Of a DNA stretch of 64,000 nt, positions 57,184 to 64,000 are shown piece after piece; within the stretch, counting starts at the first letter, position 1; the number at the start of each line of letters is the position of its first letter. This DNA comes from Sumerlaeia bacterium (GTDB lineage Bacteria; Sumerlaeota; Sumerlaeia; SLMS01; JAHLLQ01): assembly GCA_040219255.1 (NCBI GenBank), contig JAVJSW010000012.1, forward strand, positions 1 to 64,000, read 5' to 3'. The notes beneath the pieces were generated by a model. The model saw only the letters and a program-made list of their open reading frames with translations. It was not told where the DNA came from and did no database searches. Position numbers and translations under genes: made by a program.

Positions 57184-57420
57184 CGGCCCCCACTTTCTCC
57201 GGAATTTCGCCCCGCCCTTCGCCCCTTTCACCTTGACCTAACGCGCCTAAAATCGAGAGTTGGGAGGTAGAGCACGCCTCTCCTTCGAGCCCCGGCCATG
57301 GCCGAGCGTTCCGCGCTTGTCACGGCCCTTGCTTTCCATGAGAGGCACGAGAGGGATTCGAAGCGCTCCGGCGCCTTTGCACCGCTCTCAGACTCACTGG
57401 CAACGGGACGCCTCGATCGC

Positions 57421-59472
57421 ATGAACAGTATCAAATCCATCGCCCTCTGGGTCGTCATTTTCTTGGCGTGCATCCTCCTTGCCGTTAAGATGGTGGACCG
57501 CCGCAAGCCTTTGGAAATGAACATTACAGAGTTCCTCCAGGTGGCGGCGTTGAACGCCGAACAGGGAGATGACGGGCAGATCAAGGGCAACGCCGCCTTC
57601 AAGGGCGTCGTGACCGATAAGGGCGGCAAGATTCAAGGTACCCTCGCCAAGGGCGAAGGCGTGGTCTACCCCGCCTCTGTGCAGAATCGTCTCAGCGAAT
57701 ACGCCACCAACGGTGCGGAAACGCCGGAAGGCGTCTTTTTTGAGACCGAATACCACGACCTCCAGTCCGAGTTCATCCTGCAGAGAATGGCCGCGGCGGG
57801 AGTTTTCGACTACAAGGCGTCGCGCCAGTCGACCTTCGTGACCCAATTCCTGATCTCTCTCATGCTGCCGATCCTGCTCATCGTGGCGCTCTGGCTTTTC
57901 TTCCTGCGCCAGGTGCAGAGCAGCGGCAACAAGGCCATGTCCTTCGGCAAGTCCCGCGCCAAGCTCATCAGCGAAGGCCAGGTCAAAGTGACCTTCGACG
58001 ATGTGGCCGGTGTGGAAGAGGCCAAGGACGAACTGCGGGAAATCGTCGATTTCCTCAAAGACCCGAAGAAATACAGCCGTCTCGGCGGCCGCATTCCCAA
58101 GGGCGTTCTCCTCTACGGCCCTCCCGGAACCGGCAAGACGCTGCTGGCCAAGGCCGTGGCGGGCGAGGCGAACGTGCCGTTCTACTCGATTTCCGGCTCG
58201 GACTTTGTGGAAATGTTTGTCGGCGTGGGCGCCAGCCGCGTCCGCGATCTGTTCGAGCAAGCCAAGCGCAGTAAGCCCTGCCTGATCTTCATCGATGAAA
58301 TCGACGCCGTGGGCCGGAGCCGCTTCGCCGGGATCGGCGGCGGGCACGACGAGCGCGAGCAGACGCTGAACCAACTTCTAGTGGAAATGGATGGTTTTTC
58401 GACAAACGAAGGCGTGATCCTGGTGGCGGCGACGAACCGCCCCGACGTACTGGATCAGGCGCTGCTGCGCCCCGGCCGTTTCGACCGCCAGATCGCCGTC
58501 GATTTCCCCGATGTGCAAGGCCGCGAGAAGATCCTCAAGGTCCACGCGAAGAACGTGAAGTTGGGGGGCAAAGCCGACATCGCTAGCCTCGCCAAGGGCA
58601 CGCCGGGCTTTAGCGGCGCCGACCTCGCCAATATCGTCAACGAAGCGGCCCTGCTGGCCGCCCGCGCCAACAAGTCGGAAATCGAGCAGAAAGACCTGGA
58701 AGAAGCCAAGGACCGCGTGATGATGGGGCCCGAACGCCGCAGCATGCGCATCAGCGACGATGAAAAGCGCGCCACCGCGATCCACGAAGCGGGCCACGCC
58801 ATCTGCTCGCACTTCACCGAAGGCGCCGACCCGGTCCATAAAATCACCATCATCCCGCGCGGTCGCAGCCTGGGCCTGACCAGCTTTCTGCCGGTGGAGG
58901 AAAAGCACAGCCGGACGAAGAGCGACCTGAAGGCCATGATGGTCTCGGCGCTTGGCGGCCTCGCCTCGGAACGCATCGTCTTTGGCGAGAACGGCACAGG
59001 CGTCGGCAACGACCTGCAGCGCATCACGCAAGTCGCCCGCCGCATGGTCTGCGAGTTCGGCATGAGCGACCGCCTCGGCCCCCGCACCTTTGGGGAGACC
59101 CGCAGCCAACTCTTCGTCGGCCGCGACATGAACACCGACTCGCGCGACTACAGCGAGGAAATCGCCAAGGTCATCGACGACGAAGTGAAGGAATTGATCG
59201 ACGAAGCTTACGACCGGGCCATGGCGATCCTGACGGAGCGGCGCGAGTTGCTCGACCGGGTGACGGGTGCCCTGATGGAGCGCGAGACGATCGGCCAGGA
59301 CGAGTTCGAAGCCCTCGCCCGTGGCGAGGTGCTGGAGCCGCTGTTCACCGGCGACTCGGGCGATGGCGGCACGCCTGTGGACGCGGACAAGGAAGCGGAG
59401 CCGGAAAAGAAGCGGGTACGCCCGCCCCGTATCGGCGATCTGCTGGACAACCCCAGTCCGACCCAGGCCTGA
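57421..59472 (+). CDS. ftsH: ATP-dependent zinc metalloprotease FtsH
   Basis: 2 TM helices, [29 protein letters not shown]. Confidence 0.98.
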   Translation: MNSIKSIALWVVIFLACILLAVKMVDRRKPLEMNITEFLQVAALNAEQGDDGQIKGNAAFKGVVTDKGGKIQGTLAKGEGVVYPASVQNRLSEYATNGAETPEGVFFETEYHDLQSEFILQRMAAAGVFDYKASRQSTFVTQFLISLMLPILLIVALWLFFLRQVQSSGNKAMSFGKSRAKLISEGQVKVTFDDVAGVEEAKDELREIVDFLKDPKKYSRLGGRIPKGVLLYGPPGTGKTLLAKAVAGEANVPFYSISGSDFVEMFVGVGASRVRDLFEQAKRSKPCLIFIDEIDAVGRSRFAGIGGGHDEREQTLNQLLVEMDGFSTNEGVILVAATNRPDVLDQALLRPGRFDRQIAVDFPDVQGREKILKVHAKNVKLGGKADIASLAKGTPGFSGADLANIVNEAALLAARANKSEIEQKDLEEAKDRVMMGPERRSMRISDDEKRATAIHEAGHAICSHFTEGADPVHKITIIPRGRSLGLTSFLPVEEKHSRTKSDLKAMMVSALGGLASERIVFGENGTGVGNDLQRITQVARRMVCEFGMSDRLGPRTFGETRSQLFVGRDMNTDSRDYSEEIAKVIDDEVKELIDEAYDRAMAILTERRELLDRVTGALMERETIGQDEFEALARGEVLEPLFTGDSGDGGTPVDADKEAEPEKKRVRPPRIGDLLDNPSPTQA

Positions 59473-59491
59473 CCGGCCCGCGTAAGAAATC

Positions 59492-59527
59492 AAGCCCCGT
59501 CGGCCATTCGCTCTGACGGGGCTTTTG
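59492..59527 (+). terminator. Rho-independent terminator after ftsH
   Basis: AAGCCCCGTC...GACGGGGCTT stem followed by TT. Confidence 0.65.
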
Positions 59528-59588
59528 ATTTGCCCTCGAAGTTTTTCTCCCCCATCCTCCCGCGGACTTCCCCGACGAGACCTCTTCC

Positions 59589-60947
59589 ATGGCCGAGCAC
59601 CCGCCCAATGACAATGACTGGACCATCCCTCAGGGACCGATCAAGCCGTCTCAGCCAAAAGATGAGTCCAATGCGGACGCGTTGACGCCGCCCTCGGCGC
59701 GCAAATCCCGCCTGCACCTGCCCAAGGCCCAGCCCCAGACGCAGCAGGCGCCTCCGGTCCCGGCGGCCGCTCCCCACCCGGCCCAGGCCGCGCCCCGCCA
59801 GGCTCCGCCCTCCGCGCCCCCGGCCCAGCCCGCACCGCCAACCCAGCCGGCCCCGACGCAAGCCCAGCAACCGGAAGTCTCCGCTCCCCAGCCCCGGCGC
59901 ATCAGCCTCCGCCAACTCCTCCGGGAGGCGGTCGAGCGCGGCGCCAGCGACCTGCACCTGACCCGGGGCATCCCGCCGATGCTGCGGCTGGACGGCTATC
60001 TGGTGCCGCTCGACTACCCGGCGCTCCAGAAGGAGCACATCGAGAAGCTGGTGATGGGCGCGTTGACCGACATCCAAAAGGAAAAGTTCGAGAAGAATTG
60101 GGAGCTGGACCTGTCACTCGAATTTCCCGACGCCGGGCGGTTCCGCGTGAACATCCATCGCCAGCGCGGCGGCACGGAGGCGGCCTTTCGCGTGGTGAAC
60201 GAGGAAATCCAATCGATCCGGCGCCTCGGTCTGCCCGGCGTGGTCGAGGAAATCGCCCGGAAACATGTCGGTCTGAACATCGTCACGGGCCCGACCGGTT
60301 CGGGCAAGAGCACCTCCCTCGCGGCCATCGTCGATCAAATCAACAACGAGCGCCAGTGCATGGTGATCACCATCGAGGACCCGATCGAATACGTTCACAA
60401 GAACCGCCGCTCGATCATCAAGCAGCGCGAACTCAACAGCGACACCTTATCGTTCTCGAACGCGCTGCGGCACGTGCTGCGGCAAGACCCGGACGTCATC
60501 GTGGTGGGCGAAATGCGCGACCTGGAAACGATCCGCACGGCCTTGATGGCGGCTGAGACGGGGCACCTGGTCTTCACGACGCTGCACACGCCGGACGCGA
60601 CGCAGACGATGGACCGCATCATCGACGTGTTCCCGCCCAATCAGCAGGAACAAACCCGCATCCAGGTTTCGAGCACGCTGATTTCCGTGATGGCGCAACA
60701 GCTCATTCCCGTGCCGGGAAACCGCGGCCGGGTCGTGGCCTGCGAGATCCTGATCGCCAACAACGCGGTCCGCAAAATCATCCGCACGGGCAAGACCGAG
60801 CAGCTTTACACCGTGATGCAAACCTCGTGGGATCAGGGCATGATCACGATGGACAAGTCCTTGAAAACCCTCTATCAACAGGGTCTGATCAGCTACGAGG
60901 ATGCCATCACCCGCTGCAAATACCCCAGCGAGTTCGAGCAGATCTAG
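59589..60947 (+). CDS. pilT: Type IV pilus retraction ATPase PilT with Pro/Gln-rich N-terminal extension
   Basis: ASDLHL, RFRVN, GPTGSGKS, TIEDPIE, LRQDPD...GEMRD, AETGHLV.TLH. Confidence 0.93.
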   Translation: MAEHPPNDNDWTIPQGPIKPSQPKDESNADALTPPSARKSRLHLPKAQPQTQQAPPVPAAAPHPAQAAPRQAPPSAPPAQPAPPTQPAPTQAQQPEVSAPQPRRISLRQLLREAVERGASDLHLTRGIPPMLRLDGYLVPLDYPALQKEHIEKLVMGALTDIQKEKFEKNWELDLSLEFPDAGRFRVNIHRQRGGTEAAFRVVNEEIQSIRRLGLPGVVEEIARKHVGLNIVTGPTGSGKSTSLAAIVDQINNERQCMVITIEDPIEYVHKNRRSIIKQRELNSDTLSFSNALRHVLRQDPDVIVVGEMRDLETIRTALMAAETGHLVFTTLHTPDATQTMDRIIDVFPPNQQEQTRIQVSSTLISVMAQQLIPVPGNRGRVVACEILIANNAVRKIIRTGKTEQLYTVMQTSWDQGMITMDKSLKTLYQQGLISYEDAITRCKYPSEFEQI

Positions 60948-60986
60948 CCCGCACCGGCAGCGAAAGAACCTTGTCCTTCCAGAAAG

Positions 60987-61293
60987 TTCACCACGGAGAC
61001 GCGAAGGCACGGAGATGCTTGGCGGGAATGAGGTTACGCGAGATCACGATGAAAAGAAACTCCTTCTTCGGGCAACTGGGGGGAGCCGATCCCCTTCTCC
61101 AGATTGGTCAAAGAAGACCGCCAAACGCGTCACAGTTCCTCCCTTCATTTCTTCGTACCCGAGTAAAGCTGGCACACAATAACAACGCTGACTATTCGTA
61201 GATTTTTGATTTTATTGCGTCTAAACAGAAGTGGTCGACGAACTTTTATTCATTCCCTGTGAGACCTCTGTCCTCTGTGCCCTCTGCGGAGAA
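60987..61293. repeat. Inverted pair of repeat arms enclosing a ~240 bp AT-richer spacer
   Basis: TTCACCACGGAGACGCGAAGGCACGGAGA (60987-61015) and CCCTGTGAGACCTCTGTCCTCTGTGCCCTCTGCGGAGAA (61255-61293). Confidence 0.8.
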
Positions 61294-61334
61294 GGATTAG
61301 GGTTGATCGAATCCCCGAAAGGACATCGCGAACC

Positions 61335-62066
61335 GTGACCGACCAGGGGGCCTTCGGGCCCGCGAGTGAGAAAACGGCCCTTCTGGTGAACCTGGGTCGG
61401 ATGGATTATCAGGCCGCCTGGGACGTGCAGCAGCGCATCCAGGAGCGCCAGATCGCTGGCGAGTTGGGCCACGTGGTGCTGATGGTCGAGCACCCGCCGA
61501 CGATCACGCTGGGGCGCCGGGGAAAGACCGACGATCTGGTGGCGCCCGCTTCGGTGCTCGAACGGCGCGGCATCGCGGTGACGGAGACGGACCGCGGCGG
61601 CCAAGTCACCTACCATGGTCCGGGCCAATTGGTGGTTTATCCACAGGTGAACCTGCAACGGCTGGAGCTGGATTTACACGCGTACATGCGGGCGCTGGAG
61701 GAAAGCGTGATCGTCTACCTGGCGACGGTGGGCATCACGGGAACCCGCATCAAGGACTTCGTGGGCGTCTGGGTGACGGGCGAGAAGGTCTGCGCCATGG
61801 GCGTTCGCGTGCGCAAGTGGTGGACGATGCACGGGCTGGCGCTGAACGTGGCGACGGATCTCAACCATTTCGGCATGATCGTGCCCTGCGGCATCCGGAA
61901 CAAAGGCGTGACGAGCCTGGCCAAGATCCTGGGCCCCGACGCCCCGGCGTTTGAAACGGTGCGCTGCGAATTCCCCGCCCATCTCGCGAAAGCTCTCGGC
62001 CTCGCGGTCCAGGCCGTGGACTTTCAGGACTTCGAGAAACGCATTGGGGCTTCCGGAGCCTTGTAA
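61335..62066 (+). CDS. lipB: Lipoyl(octanoyl) transferase
   Basis: EHPPTITLG, RGGQVTYHGPGQLV.YP, K.CAMG, HGLALNV, IVPCG. Confidence 0.96.
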   Translation: MTDQGAFGPASEKTALLVNLGRMDYQAAWDVQQRIQERQIAGELGHVVLMVEHPPTITLGRRGKTDDLVAPASVLERRGIAVTETDRGGQVTYHGPGQLVVYPQVNLQRLELDLHAYMRALEESVIVYLATVGITGTRIKDFVGVWVTGEKVCAMGVRVRKWWTMHGLALNVATDLNHFGMIVPCGIRNKGVTSLAKILGPDAPAFETVRCEFPAHLAKALGLAVQAVDFQDFEKRIGASGAL

Positions 62067-62158
62067 GACTGGAGCAAAGGGAAAGCTCCAGACGCCTTCT
62101 TGGGCCCGGGGCTTTCCATGGAGAGGCTGGCGGAGAGGAGAGAAGTGCTCCTGCTGGA

Positions 62159-63937
62159 TCAGTACAGCGCCCAGCTCCGCACCGCCGTCGTGTTGTTGTA
62201 GGTGACCGACACGTCGGGCGACGGTGGCACGACTTCCGTGTTGCCGGCCGAATCGGTGCCGATGGTGTAGAATTCATAGGTGCCATCGCCGCCGTGCGCG
62301 GCGGTGTCGAAGGGGATGGGCGAGCTGGTGTAGGTTCCCGCGCTCTGGAAAACGACGCCCTTCGAGATGCTCTTGCTGAAGAACAGTTCCACGCTTTCCA
62401 ACTCCGAGAACACGTCGCTTCCGGCCCAGACGACGTCGATCACCGGGTCTTTCTGGTTCACCACGCCGGTGGGACTGACGACGGAGGTGACGGGGCCGCT
62501 GGTATCGAGGACGATGGTGGCGGAGGTGATATCGGACAGGGCCGAGTCTGTTCCGAGGCGGGCGTAAAGCGTCACCTGACCCTCGGCTTGCTCGGTGATG
62601 GTCGCCAGGGCGTTGGAGCAACTGGAGCAGGAGACGGTCGTCGAGGTGGCGAAGTTGTCTTCACTGACGTAAAGCGAGTCGCTGGGGCCGTCTTCCACGC
62701 CGGAGAGGGTGACTTTGACGGTGGTGCTGTTGGTGTAGGTGGTGACCTGGTCGCTCGAGTTCAGGTCCGCCAGGGTGATGCCGCCGAGAATGGGCGAGAG
62801 GTTTTCGTAGAACGAAACACGCCCGCCGCTATAGGAAGTGGAAAGGACCTCGGGATCGCCGTCACCGTCCAGGTCGGCGGCGGCGACGGATGTCACCTGG
62901 GTGCCATCGCCGGTGAAGTTGATGGTGTTGATCGGGCCGAAGTCGCCTTTGCCGTCGAGGTTCTCGAACCAGGCGACACGGTCGTCGAGGAAACTGGCGG
63001 TGACCAGGTCGAGGTCGCCGTCGTTGTCGATGTCGGCGAAGTCGAGATCTTGAGGGAACTGGGTGACGGTGGTGATGGTGATGGCGCCGGTGAAGGTTCC
63101 GTCGCCGTCGAGGTTTTCGTACCATTGGAAGCGATTGTCCGAGGCGGAGCCGGAGACGACATCCATGTCGCCGTCGCCATCGATGTCGCCGGCTCGTGCG
63201 ACCCAGGCGCCCGATGCGGTGGAGTTGAGGACTTGGGGGTTCCAGAACGAGCCGTCGCCGTTGACATTTTGGTAGATGACCACTTCATCGTCGGAGAAGC
63301 CGGTGGCGAGAACGTCGACGTCACCGTCGCCGTCGAAATCGGCCGCATCGACGTAGTTGGCGCCGCCAAGCGCGCCGTCGATCAGCGTACCTGGGGCGAA
63401 GTTACCGTTTCCGTCGGTGTTTTCGAACCACTTCACGTTGCTGTTGTCGCTCGAGGCGCCGACAATGTCCAAGTCGTTGTCTCCATCGATATCGGCGGCG
63501 GTAAATTTAAAGATCGCGTCGCCGGTCATGCCGATGGGTTTTGAAGTCGAGAAATCGGCCGCACCGGTCTGATTTTCGTACCACACGAAGAGATCGTTCA
63601 CGTCGGCGGCGGCCACAACGTCCAGGTCTCCGTCTCCGTCGATGTCGAAAGCGCCGGCCGCGTTGGCTCCCTCGGCCGTTCCGGAGATCGTCATTTTGCC
63701 GCTGAAGGTGCCCTGGCCATCCAGGTTTTCGAACCACACCACGAGGTCGTCTCCCGAGGCGGCGGACAGCACGTCGATGTCGCCGTCGCCGTCGAGATCG
63801 GCTCCCTCGACGGATCGACTGAAATCGGTGGTGGAGGAGATATCTTCACGAAGGGAGAAGGGTACGGAGGCGGTGGCGGGGAAATAGCCCGCCAGCACGG
63901 CGGCGGTGGCGGCGATGGTCAAATGGATACGATTCAT
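62159..63937 (-). CDS. Secreted FG-GAP/VCBS beta-propeller protein with Ig-like domains and a C-terminal W-x-L-Y tail
   Basis: Signal peptide; 7 repeats of D(L/I/F)DxDxDxD/E with W(F/Y)EN; DGTYEFY...D.AGN.E; ends TAVRSWALY. Confidence 0.9.
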   Translation of the reverse strand: MNRIHLTIAATAAVLAGYFPATASVPFSLREDISSTTDFSRSVEGADLDGDGDIDVLSAASGDDLVVWFENLDGQGTFSGKMTISGTAEGANAAGAFDIDGDGDLDVVAAADVNDLFVWYENQTGAADFSTSKPIGMTGDAIFKFTAADIDGDNDLDIVGASSDNSNVKWFENTDGNGNFAPGTLIDGALGGANYVDAADFDGDGDVDVLATGFSDDEVVIYQNVNGDGSFWNPQVLNSTASGAWVARAGDIDGDGDMDVVSGSASDNRFQWYENLDGDGTFTGAITITTVTQFPQDLDFADIDNDGDLDLVTASFLDDRVAWFENLDGKGDFGPINTINFTGDGTQVTSVAAADLDGDGDPEVLSTSYSGGRVSFYENLSPILGGITLADLNSSDQVTTYTNSTTVKVTLSGVEDGPSDSLYVSEDNFATSTTVSCSSCSNALATITEQAEGQVTLYARLGTDSALSDITSATIVLDTSGPVTSVVSPTGVVNQKDPVIDVVWAGSDVFSELESVELFFSKSISKGVVFQSAGTYTSSPIPFDTAAHGGDGTYEFYTIGTDSAGNTEVVPPSPDVSVTYNNTTAVRSWALY

Positions 63938-64000
63938 TATATTGCTCCTTACGGAATTTTACAGCATCAATACTGAAACTCGTAAGGAGCGAATGGCGGA

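Noticed and set aside
62800-63830. Recurring GTCGCCGTC-type DNA repeats
   Set aside because: Explained by coding FG-GAP (DxDGDGD) repeats.

Overview
High-GC bacterial chromosomal segment. The lineage cannot be determined from sequence; the C-terminal 'AVRSWALY' tail and Planctomycete-like Hint domain suggest a poorly sampled diderm such as Ca. Sumerlaeota (inference). The left 5.6 kb is accessory: two truncated IS66 copies joined tail-to-tail, a signal-peptide/Hint polymorphic toxin with an AT-rich toxin tip and immunity gene, and a DUF4258/HTH toxin-antitoxin pair with a visible operator pair. The rest is mostly housekeeping or metabolic: cdaA-cdaR operon, cca, yidC-jag, cysK, recF, rpmG, MMPL transporter, treZ-GH57-treY, D-aminoacylase, mutL, pgeF, ftsH, pilT, lipB and an FG-GAP protein. 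Three things stand out. (1) A PurE-linker-TsaC/Sua5 fusion in which both domains have lost canonical catalytic residues. (2) A dispersed family of ~27-39 bp arms with 8-9 nt periodicity (TTCACCRCGGAG...), mostly in inverted pairs around unique 150-240 bp spacers at gene 3' ends, sometimes encoding host protein C-termini and flanking accessory genes. (3) Several other motif-degenerate paralogs (GH57-, ZnuA-, PilM- and CrtI-like) and a nuclease-SF1 helicase fusion. No tRNA, rRNA or CRISPR array was seen.
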